A DNA stretch of 64,000 nt from Lobosporangium transversale (GCF_002105155.1 NW_019028981.1:248001-312000), one strand, 5' to 3'. Shown: positions 1 through 14,448, counted from the stretch's first letter. The notes: generated by a model from the sequence alone, not told the origin. Translations and numbers: made by a program.

Positions 1-1431
1 GCACCAATATCTCTCTACGGTGGCATTAGTGGAGCTTCCAGTTCACCCAGTAATAATAGTAGTATAACTTCTCCAGCTTACTCTTCAACTCAATCTCCTA
101 TGGCACCAATCAACTATCAACCTAAAACGTCGCATGCACCAACGGCAACCTCGCGACCCATCCACTCACCCAGTCCTAGCCCCATTCCAGCTTCATCTTC
201 TGCTTCATCGAGTCCTGCCCCTATTGCTGTGCAGCCATCGCCTAACAACATCAATGCGGTACCCTTACGTCACGAAACTTCTTCTCCAAAAATTCGAAAA
301 GATCCACCGCCGCCACCTATCGCCCGCAATAATGATGTCTCGTCCTCGCCTCAGATCCGCAGTGAAGCTCCTTTACCTTCGCCTAACTCCAGGATAGAGG
401 CTAATTCAAACTCACCATTACCACCAAAGCCCCCAGTTAGGAGAGATACGTCGTCGTCATCAAAGTCGCAAAAAGAAGCTGCTGCATCATCCTCGCCTTT
501 GATGAAAAAGGATGCACCTATTCCGCCACGCAAGGAGATTTCACAGCCCAAGCCTCTACAGCCCATACGCAAAAATCTAATCTCAATATCGTCGCCAACA
601 CCATCGCCATCTACGGCAAGTCGTATGAACGAGAAGTCTGATCGAAAGCCCGTCGTGGAAATTGCGCAATTTTCAAAGGAGGGTTTCAACCATGAAGAAT
701 GTGAGTTTGTAATGAAATACTTCAGAACGGGAAGGACTACAAAATGACTGAAAAGCTACAGAAGGCCAAGAGTGGAAGACTTTTTTTTAAAGATTAATTC
801 GATACTCAACCGCCTTTATACATTTTATTTCATTTAGATCTCACTCAGAACCTAGCTAATGCTAGCGAGGATACAATTCGAAGTTTTCTGCAATCGCTCA
901 AGGACTCTAAATCATTGGCAGCAGAGGATCTTCAAGAAAACGTGTTTAAGAACTACAACGAATTTGTCACTATTTCGAAAGAAATTTCAAAGCTGGAAAG
1001 CGATATGCAAACCTTACGTGGGTTACTGGATGATCTAAAGGCAGCAAGCGACAATCTGGTGGATGATGACGATGAATTTTTGCTCACAGCTGGTAAAAGA
1101 AAATGATCTTTAACCTTGTTCTCATACTCGCTACATTTCACATACTGGCATTTTTACATGGAGATTATTATCCCTCAGGATTGGCTTTTTTTTTTTTTTT
1201 TTTTTTTTTAACTTGTGATCAATTTGCCTGATTTTAGGTATCGAGGATTCTGCTCCTGTTGTACCAAAGAGAATGACAGTCATGGTCTCAAGCATGTCAG
1301 ATTTAACGTCTGTCTGGAAAGCCCAAATGATGGCACTATGGGAGGGCATTGAGGGAGCACAGGTAACGTTTCTCTGATAGTTCAGTTATTGTTGACAATG
1401 ATACGCATCTACACTTGGATTTCTTTCTCTC

Positions 1432-1487
<56 letters not shown>

Positions 1488-2029
1488 CTGAAAAGTCTTT
1501 ATTTTATTCAACTTATCATGTCTATCTGACTTAGAAAATGCTTCCATATCATCCAAAACGACATTTGATCCGCGAGTCCCCAAGCTTTGTAGAGATCAAC
1601 ACAGCAACCAACAAGATCAAACATCCTGTCCACATTGTACTCATGAATGACACCCTCCTAATTGCAACGCGCAAAAAGAAAACAGCTGCCATCTCAAAAT
1701 ATAAATTATTGGGCGATCGCTGCTGGCCATTAACAGACATTACCATTGAAGACATGAAGGATACAGCAGGTAAAAAAGCGTATTGATATTCCTTGATATA
1801 TCTTTCTTCTTTCATTCTAAAAGAAGTTTTTTTTTCTTGGATTAAATGGCATCTAATAAATATAGATATTAGGAATGCAATTAAGATTACGCATGGAAAC
1901 GAGGTTTTTGTGTACAAGACGGAAAAAGGACAGGAGAAGCAAACCATGTTGGTCAATGCAAAGCGTTCTACAGATGAAATGCTTGCAAGGTCAAATGAGT
2001 CTCGCAAACGAGGTTTGTTGCAATTTGCG

Positions 2030-2067
<38 letters not shown>

Positions 2068-4132
2068 CATGTACCATTGGTCTACTAGCTTGGTTGTTCA
2101 TGATATGTTCAAACCATTTTTTTTTCCTTTTTGTTTTTATAACGGCTCATAGGAATGTTTGGTTTTACAGCTGTAAGTGCTCATTAGTTCTCTACTTGGA
2201 GGTCAAGATTTATTTTGTTAGACTTGCTGCAAGGCTTATCTATACTAAAACTAGAATAATTCTTTATGCTTAGGCCATGTCGAATCGCGGAGGAATGAAA
2301 TTTAAGACGTCCATTACCTCAAACCAACCGGATGCGCGCTGGCTACAGGAATTCACGGATGATCTGGATGTATTGATTGCCCAACGAGACTTGGAGGGAG
2401 CTGTCGCTGGCGTTGAGAATGGTAAACACTCTATTAGCCTTACTTTTACATACTTGGAAATAGTTAAAAAAGAGACCAAGTCGTTTGACATACACTTCTA
2501 ACTTTGCTTGAATACTTTTTTTTTTTTTAAAGCTAATGTGATGCTTTCGCAGATGAACTTACCTGCAGCCAAACTGGAAGAAACTAAAAAGCGGCTGGAC
2601 GAGCGAGTTTCTCGACTGATCCGTGTCATCATTACGGATCTCGGGCAACCTCATATCGTCAAGGTAGCAGTGCAGCGAGACGTGGGATGGTTAGAGCGTT
2701 TAGGCTGCTTGGACCAAGCAAGAGACGTTTTCTTAAACAACAGGACTAAGGTTGTCCGACAAAGAATAAGGTAAGATGATGTGGAAACAAACTTGTTGAG
2801 GTGAAAGCACCATAGAATCTTGTTAGCTATGGCCGAAGGAAACCCCTGAAGGATTTATTATCGAGATAGTTTGTCTAACAAACATTGTTACTCAATTTAT
2901 TTTTCTCAGTCAAGCGAAGGCAAAGAAAGACCCAGTTTTATATGTTGAAGAACTGGCGATGATTGTCTTCACGTCGATCAAGAATACGTCTCAATGGTTT
3001 GAGCTCGCATTCAAGGATCCAAAGATGACTTCAGCACTCGTAAAATGGGCCAAGCAGGAGATTGAATACTTTGGAGAGTTTTACAAGAATATTGTTTTTG
3101 GCGTCGAACAAAGCAACTTTCAAGTCATAGCAGATTGTGCAAAGATCGCTTCTGAACAATGCATCAAAGTAAGAGAGGACAGAATAACTCAAGTAATTTA
3201 ACTACTGTGGTCATATACTCAAAAGCCTATTATATTATATTTTTTGTTTAGCTCAAAGAAATAGGACTAGATATGGCGTTTGTACTTGAAGCTGTCATAA
3301 TGCCCTATTTGATTGAGACAATCGCAGAGCACGAGCGACGTTGTCTAGAACGAATGGATGCTATTATTGAGCATGACGATTTTGCAGCTCTTTCTGGAGA
3401 AGAGCTTGGTACGTTGATTGTATCTGTAACGATTATTTACTAAGATAAATGTGATTCTCACATTCTTTCTTTGATAATGAACAACTTTTTTATGTCTTTT
3501 CCGAACCTTGTAGGATCTACATCACCTCTTTCTGCCAGCATGCTTGCTTTTTATACGATCATGTTACAATTTGTAAACAACATCTGCTTGATTGGCAGCT
3601 TGACAGTAAGTGAAAGCCTCATCATAGTATACGTGAAAGTGTTGGGTTGGGATTTTGTTTATTTTATATTGTTCTGATATGTCTTTTTTTAATATATTTA
3701 TATTAGCTCTACAGCAGGATCGTAGACAGTGTAGCAATATTATTCAAAGCATACGTGAATAGGACGATCCAGGTCTATGAAGAAAAGGGCATGACAGATG
3801 ATCAGGTTTGTAAAAAGAAAAAAAATCAAGAAGCGATCTGTTCAACGTCTGTGTTTCCAAATGTCGTTAACTAACCTTTTAAGTACATTTTCTACTCTCC
3901 ATCTGTGACAGCGCGCTGTTGTAAATTCAAACTTCCAGTTCATTTCTGAAAGTTTTATATCCAGAGTGATAGTGCAGCTGAGGGTGAGAGGATGGCTGTT
4001 TGTTGATGCAACTGTCCAATTGTTTCAGGAGGCTGATGGTTACTAACTACCCTTTTCCTCTTCATTCTACAGCATCGCTTTGATAGACAAATCCCTGAGC
4101 TTGAAGGAGTCCGCGAGGAGCTTGGAGGTATA

Positions 4133-4170
<38 letters not shown>

Positions 4171-4273
4171 CCGCGCATTTGTTACATATGGACCAATTTA
4201 AGGAGTTGACTAAAGCTTATTTTTTGTTTTTTTTTTTTGTTTTTCCAATAACTCATTAGGTGTTGAGTTATGA
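1..4273 (+). CDS. EXO84: Exocyst component Exo84, multi-exon, 5' end outside the window
   Basis: Pro/Ser-rich N-terminal region, then a Vps51/Exo84-type coiled coil (LQENVFKNYNEFVTISKEISKLESDMQ), a PH-like exon (RHLIRESPSFVEIN...VHIVLMNDTLLIA) and an Exo84_C-like segment (WLQEFTDDLDVLIAQRDLEGAV). GT-AG introns; last exon gives G-V-E-L-TGA ending at 4273. Confidence 0.88.
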
Positions 4274-4669
4274 GTGTTCCCCTACGACAAAGAATAAATC
4301 GCGTTTAAGACTGACTAGACATGTTCTACTTTGACGTTAGAGAAAGACACATGTACATGGGTGTGTAATAATAAAAGAAGTAAAAATACAAGCTAAGAGG
4401 AGAATATTATGCAAAAATAGAGGGGCGATTCCAGTTTTGAGGTTCAAATGCCATGCAGAATTGCCCCTTCAACTGTAATCTTGCGCTTTGGTCCATTTTT
4501 GGAAAACATTGTTGTGTCAAGTTCACAGGAGAATCCCTTTTGATTGGACCACCGTTCGGCTTTTTTTTAAACTTCAAAGCCTCTCTCCAACAGGGACAGC
4601 CAGAGCAATTGATCACGTTGAAATGGTCTCCCTTGTCCTTTTTATTTTTTTTATATTAACCCTCCTATT

Positions 4670-4701
<32 letters not shown>

Positions 4702-4857
4702 TCTCCCTTTCTTCCTCTATTCCAGGCCCTTTTAATTCTATTCCTTCTCCCAGTTTTTTTTAACAATATTTATTCCACTCACAAATCTTTTTTTTTTTTT
4801 TTTTTTTTTTCACGTCATTTTAATACCTACGATATTCCACCAAAGATCTTAAAAAAT

Positions 4858-6882
4858 ATGCCTCGAAAAGGGGAAGATGCACCACTCTTGGATAAAGTGG
4901 AAAAAGACGGTTCTTTTGATGAGAATGAGCGTGAACTGCTCAAGCAAGCACTGCACAACCAAGTCCGAAGGGTATACAGTGACTTTGCACCAATTTTTTT
5001 TTTTTTTTATTTATTTATTTTACTTGAAATGACAGAATTGTCTGATTTTTTATTTATTCTGTTCGATGTTTCTTTGGCTTGCAGGACCGCCGATACACAT
5101 TTCTTTGCCTTGGGATAGTTGCTATGTTGATTTCGACAGCAGCGCTCATCATGACTTATTTCCTCACGATGCCCACTCCAAGATGTAAGTGTTGAGAGAT
5201 GTGTCTGCGTGTTTTTTTTTTTTACATTTCTTATATATATATATATATTATGCATGCCTATGATTTGGACGAAATATATGTGAGCATTTAAAAATAAAAT
5301 CCTAACATTTATATATACAAATATACTCTAGCATCAAGTCCGCTAAATCGCGGGCGCAACGTGATTATGATGGTGTCGGATGGGTTCGGTCCTGCTTCTC
5401 AGACCTATGGGCGATCATTCTGGCAATATCAGAACAATTACACGTCAGATCACATAACCTCTCTTGATGAGATCCTCGTTGGATCATCTCGCACTCGCAG
5501 TAGCAACAGCCTAGTAACAGACTCTGCAGCTGGCGCTACAGCCTTTTCTTGTGCTTTGAAATCCTATAATGCTGCTATTGGAGGTATAAAAAATTCATTC
5601 GAGTTTATTGATGCGAAAAAAAAAAAAAAAAAAAAAAAAATCGATTAGGTTTTAACGTTACACAAATGTATTTTTGTAATTAGTGGATCCAAATGGTGTT
5701 CCTTGTGGCACAGTTCTTGAAGCTGCCAAGAAGGCCGATATGTTAACAGGATTAGTTGTAACCAGCAGGGTCACACATGCAACCCCAGCAGCATTCTCAG
5801 CTCATGTAGCCCATCGTGATATGGAGGAAATTATTGCAACGCAACAGATTGGCGATTATGAACTGGGACGACAAGTGGATCTCATGTTGGGTGGTGGTCG
5901 ATGCTTTTTCTTACCCAACACTACGGAAGGAAGCTGCCGTACAGACAGCAGGGATCTCATCAGAGAGGCTCAAACCCACCATGGTTGGAAACATGTCTTG
6001 TTTAGTGGAACCGAATTTGAATCTCTGGTAAAGGCTCGTGACGGAGCAGTACCTCTTCCGCTCATGGGCTTATTTAATTCCGATCATATGAACTTTGAGA
6101 TCGATAGGAGAAACACTCAATCAGATGAGCCTTCATTGAACAGGATGGCAAAAGTAGCCCTAGAATCCCTGAAAGCAAATTCTAGGGAAAAAGGGCGAGG
6201 ATTCTTCTTAATGATTGAAGGGTCTAGGATTGACATGGGCGCGCACAATAACGATCCCGTGGCTCATATTCACGAAATCTTGGAATACCACAGAACCATC
6301 CAGGTGGTTAAGGACTTTGTAGCTCAGAACGAAGACACAATCATGATCTCGACCAGTGACCATGAGACTGGAGGCTTTACGCTAGGATTGCAAGTTGACC
6401 CAAAGATCTACCCAGAGTATCTGTGGCGGCCTGAGGTCATTGAGCGTGCGAAATTATCGACCGAGATCTTGACGATGAAGCTCATGGCATTCCACGCAAA
6501 TGAACCAAAAGTTAAAAGCGCTCATAGCCAGGAACGTCGTCGCCGCGTTGAACATTATGTATCGACCGAGATTTTAGAGAGAGGATTAGGAATCAAGGAT
6601 CCTTCCATGGATGAGATCGAGTCCTTGGCGGACCCTACAGTACGATCTGCTGATGTCATGCGATTCCTGAGTCGTGCCATCTCTCGTCGAGCTAGTCTTG
6701 GATGGACCACCATGGGTCATACAGGTGTAGATGTTAATCTTTATGCTAAGGGCTCACCCGATATTGGGAAGTACACCATGGACAAATTGAGAGGCAATCA
6801 TGAGAACACGGACATTGGAAACTTCATGTCATGGTTCTTGGATTTGAACCTAAAAGATGTTACAGACCGTCTTGCCAAGTAA
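4858..6882 (+). CDS. PHO8: Vacuolar-type alkaline phosphatase with an N-terminal TM anchor
   Basis: Motifs IMMVSDGFG, VTDSAAGATAFS (catalytic Ser), THATPAAF, LMIEGSRIDMGAHNND, STSDHETGG, GHTGVDV. A short hydrophobic exon at ~5085-5180 fits a type II anchor. Confidence 0.93.
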
Positions 6883-7230
6883 GTTCTTTATATATATAAT
6901 TATTACTACTATTGTTATTAAATAAAAGTATTATGAAGGTTTGGCTTCGTTCATTCAGGTAAGAGTACATTTTAACACTAATTTCCATTTGGATTGACTG
7001 ATTCATCCGTTAGGTCTAAGAATAAATGGTTCAAGTCCAAGGATGATCTCTCTGCTGCGGAACATCTCTCTGCTATACATGAGAAAACAGGGCGCTAAAA
7101 CAGCAACAATAACAACAACAACAACAAAAAAGCATACCAGTACTCTCGGACATTTAAGCAAGGGGATATTTAATTCATTTAAATTAGCTACTATATCCAT
7201 ATAAATTTGATGATAGCATTGACATCTGTT

Positions 7231-8180
7231 TCAATTTCTTAAGGAATTTTTTGGTGAAGAATAAGACGTGGTTAGAGTAGGAGAGGTGTAATACCTTTGG
7301 CTGGTGCGAAAAACAGGTTTATCCACAAGAGTATCAAGAAGCCTGACAGTGCCTTCCATCCTTTTCCTCATCTGCAAGATCTCGATCAAAATACGTCGGA
7401 TCTTCAAAAATGTTTTGTCCGTAAGACAATTGGAAGGAGCTTCCTTTGCTTCTCGGTTAAGATAGAAGTATCTTCCTCCAAGATATATCAAAGGCAAAAA
7501 CCCAATACTCAATTCAGACATTAAAAATCATAAGCTTCTGTCTTCATTATTCCCTTGTATATATCATTTTCGTTTGTGGAAGCTCCAACGCAAACAAAGT
7601 TGAATACATCCTTCATAACTTTGGATATTTTCACAGGGTTATCCGATTCCTCTGTGGCATATCTAGAATCCTTCCTCCTCTCTGCTTCAACCGTACTACG
7701 AACTTTGGTCCTTCGTCAGAATAAAACATGGTATCAATTTTTTGGCCATTAACTTGCCTGTAATCGAGATTCCGTTACGAGTCCCTTCTTTGAGGAAAGG
7801 CAGCCGAAGGGATTTCTCCTACTTTTAGTTTGATTGATCCATCATCTTTCTCTACTAACATATTGAAAATATCGCTATAAAGGCTCGTGTCCAGCTGCTT
7901 TGACAGTGCCTCATGGAACTTTTTGTGGATATCGATTTCGGGATGTTACTTGCTTACGTCGGCAAAGAAAAAGAAATCCTTGTTGAATTCCTTATAAGCG
8001 GCGGCAGACCCAACGTCATCAATAAACAACGCTATCGATTCTTTCAAATATGGCTTTTTCACTTACTGAAGCCGAATCAAAGGCTTCAATTGCTTTCAAC
8101 CGTCAACCTCCCAATTCAAAAGGTTTCTGATCCTCAAGCTCCTTCAATTTATCCTATATAACACTATCGAGACCGTCGGG
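7231..8180 (-). pseudogene. Decayed gene for a PD-(D/E)xK restriction-endonuclease-fold protein (Crinkler-REase-like)
   Basis: Minus-strand translation across stops and frameshifts: RNLDYRQVNGQKIDTMFY...EAERRKD...VKISKVMKDVFNFVC...LIYLGGRYFYL...ILIEILQMRKRME...SPK. Motif order resembles REase-fold effector-like families of basal fungi; recognised by eye only. Confidence 0.5.
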
Positions 8181-8289
8181 GGAAAGGCGGCACAAAAGTT
8201 TCAACCTATGACAAAAGAATGGAGCAATGGCTCCTTCTTTAATGAAATGGGTGTATTACAGTGAACATCATCAAAGTATCTATCATTAG

Positions 8290-8721
8290 ACAAGTGACTT
8301 TGTAAATTACCTACACATTGGAGGCATATCGCATGGAATGCCCATTTATGGAAGGGTGATCGATATAATGAAAAAGACATGTAGGTGTCCTTTTCTTGAC
8401 TAGTTGATCCTTGCACTTCAGATATTGTTGCTGTCATACTGAGTTTCTATATCCGAGCATTTTTGTTTAGGGAGTGGTGCAAGGATAGCATTAAGAAACT
8501 CTTCCCATTGACTGTAAGTCGTGCTTCTCTCGACCAAGGCGCTGTTGGCGAATGTAGGTACTCCTGGTTCTGCTTCGAACCAACATTCCAATGATTTGAC
8601 TGTTTTCATCTCTTCAAGGAGTCGATCTCGAAACATAGGCCGTAATGGGGTCCACACAGCTACGCGATGGATATAGTCTGCGCTGGCTCGGTTCCAGCTC
8701 TTACAAACCAGACTTACAGAA
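8290..8721 (-). pseudogene. Fragment of an F-box gene paralogue
   Basis: 8420-8721 is identical to 16939-17240 of the intact F-box gene. A 4-bp deletion (GATA) at 8419/8420 shifts the frame, and 8290-8419 is a more diverged match. Confidence 0.9.
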
Positions 8722-9008
8722 CGGCAGAGTAGTCTATCCTTGCTATACCTATCTATGACTCTCGTACTGCCCCTTTATATGAAATATGATATGGCTAATG
8801 AGCTCCTTCGTGTCTATGCAGAGGAGAGATTTATGTCGTCGTTGACATTAAAAGGCGGAGATTTATTATATTCAGATTCAGATTCAACTATCACCCGAGC
8901 ATTATACCGCTTGTTTAGGTCTGCTTTTATACTTTTGTAGGCTTGGAAGGTGATGCTTTTCGTTTGCACAGTAATCATTACAAAAAAAAGCAGTTTTCGT
9001 TTATTTTT

Positions 9009-10172
9009 TTATAAAATTAACAGATCATCCACCACAGGCACCAGCTCCAGTAATACATATACAAATGAGGCTGAGTCGTCTTGTGTCTTGAGTGCAAGCG
9101 TGAGCGGCTAGGGGTAGTGAATAGTTTATCTAATAATCAGCATTTTGCATGTGCTTTCATAATAAACACGGTAAAAGCAGGCATCGCTATTTAGAACAAA
9201 ATCAAGCACATGGGGTTACCTGATCGTTAAGATACTTGAACAAATCTAGACTTAGTCCTGGCACCTTCAACGCAAACCTTGAGCAATCTAGGAATGAATT
9301 GAAGAGCTCAAATCCATAGACATGGTCTTGTACAAACCGATGCTTCTGCAAGTACTTTGCCTTGCCGAAATGGCTTCGCCTTGCGGCATTATCGCTTGAG
9401 AGCTTGTTCTTCTTTTTCAGATCGTCTTCTAAAATAATGACAGAGGTGTCCTCGAATAAGTTTTCGCCATTCGGAGATGGCCATGATGGAAGCAGTGGGT
9501 TGCCAGTCAAAGACGATGCATCTCGTTCGGTTGGTGTTGATTTGGAAGATACTGGGTCATGAAGGACATTGATGGTATTCATGGTCCCAAGAGCAGGACT
9601 GATACAATATGGCTTCGGTCCTTGGATATCTAGTTGACATGCAGGATCAATTACTTTGAAGAACTTGACCACAAGGTTCGCGAGAGGCGGTAGCTTAAAT
9701 GGCTTACTGAACTGGCACTGTAAGTTAAGGGTTGGTCAAGCACCTGTTAATAAATGTATGCGTATGTATATAAAGAACGTCCGATGCTTAGCCAAATACA
9801 AATAGCCCCCATATCTTATAAACGTACTGCAAACACGACTTGCTCTCCTGTCCATTCCCGCTTAAATCGGCCGACGACCTGTAAGGACATTAATAAGTTG
9901 CCTCGACCTGCTGCTGCCGCTTTGTCAAACCATTCGCTATCGGGCATGACCTTTAATCCGTCCTGTCTTTGGCCTTCTTCATAACCATGTATTTGATTCT
10001 GACCTCTAACCCTGAGCATCACATGGCCAATGAATTCGTCTGTGTCTATGAGCATAGGATTGGCATCATCATTGGTATTTAGAGGGCGTAGAGAATGAAG
10101 ATTTGGACCAGCGGAGACCCGAATTCGATGAGGGACATTGTTGTGCTCGACCACAAGTTTTTCAGCTTTCAT
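9009..10172 (-). CDS. DUF1769-family protein, 3 exons
   Basis: Motifs LQVVGRFK, KFFKVIDP...KPYCISP...TMN, RRSHF...FELFNSFLD...LKVPGLSLDLFKY. Spliced last exon PLTLALKT...ILTAA-type end with TAA at 9009-9011. Confidence 0.8.
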
Positions 10173-11640
10173 CTTTTAAGCAGAAAATAAGAAAATGAAG
10201 TTTTGTCTAATACGAACAGATTATAGTTCTTCTCAAAACAAACTGGCAAGTGCAGGTGGATTGGAGTGAAGTGAAGTGGAGTGCAAAAGAAGAAAAAAAC
10301 TTGACCACTTTTTTTATTTTATTTTACTTATTATTATTCCTCGGCTGACTATTTGATAGAAACTATTTGTTTTCTCTCTTCTCCTTCCCTCTCTTCCCCC
10401 CTCTTTTTAATTTAGTGATTATATTTTTGTTGTGCCTCTAGCTCCTTGATATGAAGTGTGAAGTATTTCGTAGAGGTTCAAAAGCAGACATAAATATATA
10501 GGAGTCGCAAGACTAAAAAAGAATAGGCTCCGTGTCAAGAGAGATCCTTCCTTTAATTTGCGTCGATCGTCTCCTTTTTCGTATTTTTATGAATGAGTAA
10601 GCCGTCGACAACACGAAAAGAGATAAATTTCTTATATGATTTGTGGATATAGTAACTACATCCTTTTGCAGAATCTTTTTTCTTTTTTGTGTGGCTATTG
10701 CTTTCCTCTTAACGCATCGTTCTTTTTCTGCTAGCAGCAGTACAACTATCTCTTAAAAACAATAACCGGCTTTATATTCTATCCTAGTCAATTTCCCTAC
10801 TCCTAGGCCGATTGCGCTCTAACTTGCGCGCTATATCTTTGCAGCGTTCTGTTATAGCGTCCTATCTTTCCTTAAGTGGAGTCATTTTATACTCGTATTG
10901 ACTCGACCTTCCTACACGTGTCCATCATTTCGTTATTACTATGTTTAGACAACCCAGTAATTGCTTCCTATTGATCTTCCTTTTTACTTTCTTTTTCTTT
11001 TTCAACATTCACTGGCCCGTCTATCATACTAATCTTACCTCGGAAATGCAGACCTGGGTTTATGGCTCTTACCTCAAGCCAAGAGATACGAGACAGACTT
11101 CTGCCCTCAGTTTTCCAATGACACCAATGCTTTCAAGCTTATTACAAACTAATTTATATCCAAGATATCATGTTGACGTCCTTGTTTTCAAGTCGTTCGT
11201 GGAGCCTTAAAGACCAAATGTATCCGTCAGAGAGCTATTGCCCAGAATTTCGAGCACAGTGACGGGGATAGGACGCTGTCCAACATTATCTGTCCGAAAT
11301 CTTTAGCTGCAATGGGAGCTCCGAGGAAGATGGCAGGGAGACTGATGGGTAGCTGAAAGCGATGCATCGAAAAGCGCTCAGCACAGCTGCTTGGCATCGC
11401 CTGCCCTATACATTTACGATCATGGGCCTATTAGTAATATAGACAAAGCATCCTGAACTATATAGAGAGCCCAACCATTACAAGCCGCGATGAAAACTAA
11501 TAAAACAGGCACACCCTGGATCAATAACCCTGCGAACTATATCGATAGAGGCTGATAGTGGAAGTTTTCCGATGAGTTTAGATCCTACGTTACAATGTCA
11601 ATTTTCATTTTCTTAGATTCAACGTCTATTTTGATCTTGC

Positions 11641-11671
<31 letters not shown>

Positions 11672-12084
11672 CTGTGTAATAGGCATAGAATTTTTTCATC
11701 CACAACGCTCTTTTGTTCCCTTGAATATGTATGATGTTGCCCAAGTTCAAAAGGACTGACCACCACTTTTTAGAGGTTGGAGCTGATCCTACGTTCCTTA
11801 GTTGCGACTTGTCAGCTCATTTATCCATTGTATTAATGTAAATACCAATTTCACTAGATACATCAATACTAAAGTTAGTTGCTGTTCGTTTTGTAATGTA
11901 TTCATAACTAACTGGCGCTGATGTTGGGAGGGGAGGGGATCGATATGTTACAGTAGTTCAATGTATAATAATAGACCGAGCGATTTAGGGACACTGGGTT
12001 GTAGGATGAGCATTGGTACCAATGAGCGAAATACTGTCTTTGTTTATTTCTAATACTTTTGCAACCGAGGAGAGAGCGAGAGAT

Positions 12085-14448
12085 TCAAGCAGCAAATCGT
12101 TGCTTAATGATAAACTCGATCTCAGGCCGCATGGCCGATGCACCCTCAAGAACACTTTCATAGTTTCCCACTAGATCTGAATCTCTATATAATATATGGA
12201 ACGCCTCTAAGCATGGCCACAATGTCCCTAGCTCATCCAATGTATACTTGTACTTTTTATCCCAATACCACCAGCGATTGTTTCGACTGTTCTTATTGAT
12301 GCCTGTTACTGCTCTTGATGTCCTATTATTTTGTCGTCGTTGATCCGGTTGTTGCTGTTGTTGTTGCTGTTGTGGCTACCGCGCTAGGAAATCAAAGTTG
12401 GATGGTTGAATCATCCCCGGTATTGTCTCAGCTTCGAGTTTTAAGGTCTCCAGAAGGTGCAAATCCCGCAGCAGCAGCAATTCGTTTCTGAAACGTTGTT
12501 CAACTTGCTTTCGAACTACCTCGTATCCACTCTGGTTTTGTCGCTGTTTTGTTATCGTATCCGACCGATCTCGTTTCAATTTAACAGCCTCCAATCTCTC
12601 TTCAGTGAGTCGATCATAAACATGGGGGAAATCCATGAGCTGGCCAATATAGAGAGCTCCAAAGTGGAGATGAAGGACTCTCAAATTCTGGAAGGGACCG
12701 TTATAATCAATGTACTCTCCCAGCATGTAGGCGCCTTCACGAGAGAGTAATAACCCTAGCTCACAGGTTCAAAGGTTACGACATGCCCAGATCTTACTGG
12801 AAGACTCTTCGGCACCGGCTTCAGTGGCTAATAACGTTACTGCTGTCGCTGTTGTTGATACGTTATTACTGTTGTTACCACTGTTATTATCGCTATGCTG
12901 GAAACGGGGAAGAGCCTGCTGTCGTCGTTCTCGTTTGTGTGCACGCTCATGATTCTTTCACTCATGGTTGTTAGTGATGAATGTCTCTGGGAAAGTGCGA
13001 GTAAAATATTCGGCACAGTCAAGCTGTGTAAGATAAAAAAATGATTCACGTTGAGTTCAGCGTCAGGTGCAGTTAGATGTAACAGTTTTGGAGTCTTACA
13101 TAGGATCATCTCTATAAGGCTTGATGTAGGGGTGCTTGAACACGCCTGAACGATCTCCAGGACAGTGATGTTGTCGAAACATTGTTGCTGCTGGGAGTGC
13201 CACAAACGAGCTTAAGTCTTCGAATTCATGGCGGCAACAAGGCAAGGACAGGAAACGAGTACCTGTGAAATAACAGTGAATTCGCTCGACGTGCTGTCGG
13301 TCTGTCGCCGCATAGGTTGCGTTGGTCACATTATACCATTCAAGGCCAGAGCACATCCTTTTAGTGTGTTTGAGAAGCCGTTCATGGTCCATTCTGAATG
13401 TTACGTACCCTTGCCCTGGAATTCGGACGCTATCATTGATATCCCTGACTTTGAAGACTCGAAGCTTCGGGCACGTGCTTACAATACGCTCCAATACATG
13501 TTGGTTGATTGCACACTTCTCTACATTGAATACACGAAAACCATATCTTTCATGGTAAACCTTGGGCTCTTCTGGCGACCAATGAGCATTCATTGTATTT
13601 GAATTATCTTTCATCAAGTCATCCTCTGCATCTCCATGATGAATCAACCCAGAGCGACGATCCATAACAATCTTGATCTCGAATTCTATTAGATTGGGTG
13701 CATGGTTCAAAATATCAAAGAAGCCTATCCTGAGGCCACCACCATGGACCTGGAGCAAGAGCGTCTTAAGGTACTGGAGTTGGCTCTGCAAACGTGTCAT
13801 CAGGATGCAACACTGTATATCGTAGCCGCAAAATGACAGATGTCAGATATTGTGAATGAGACATTTAGGAGTTGGCGGTTGTTGCTTCCCTTGACGGCTT
13901 GGCATCGACACGGAAATAGACAGTGGTGCAAGGATTGCATCGCAGAATATCCTCCAATTAGCAGCAGTTTGGGTTCTCGATGTGGGCCTAGAATTGGCGG
14001 GTACGCTTGGGTCCACACAAGACCAGCAATCCAATGTGTCGAGGCCCATCTTCATTTGTTGCAACAGATCAGTATCGTGGTCTCCTGAGAGGAGAGACCT
14101 TGTTCCAGTCCTTGCATACTAGGCTCGTACAATGGTGAAGAGTCGGCTGGCTAAGGTATGAACAAACTAATCCAAGGATCTCGAGCGGCAAGTGTTGGGC
14201 CTGAGGCTTGTTCTCGGCATCAAGTTGCTTACTGACCATAATAGGAAGCGGTGTGTTTTTAAGGAGAATCTTTTGGTGACTAGCTGTTCTGTTTTTGCTT
14301 GCTTCACATGTGTAGAGGGAGAAGCTACATGGAAATCATCATAGTGACCAGGGCTACCTTGAAGCCCATCTCCCTCGAGATCAGCAGTTTGGAGAGCTAG
14401 GAGCAAGTCTTCATCGTCCGAAAAAGCAGCTGGGGTAGGCAGCGACAT
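12085..14448 (-). pseudogene. Frameshifted F-box/RNI-like gene, paralogue of 15425-17617
   Basis: Colinear similarity to the intact gene (AAFSDDEDL, YGFRVFNVEKCAINQHVLERIVSTCPKL, LYIGQLMDFPH, TIPGMIQPSNFDFL, RPEIEFII) is split over several frames and stops. Confidence 0.85.
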
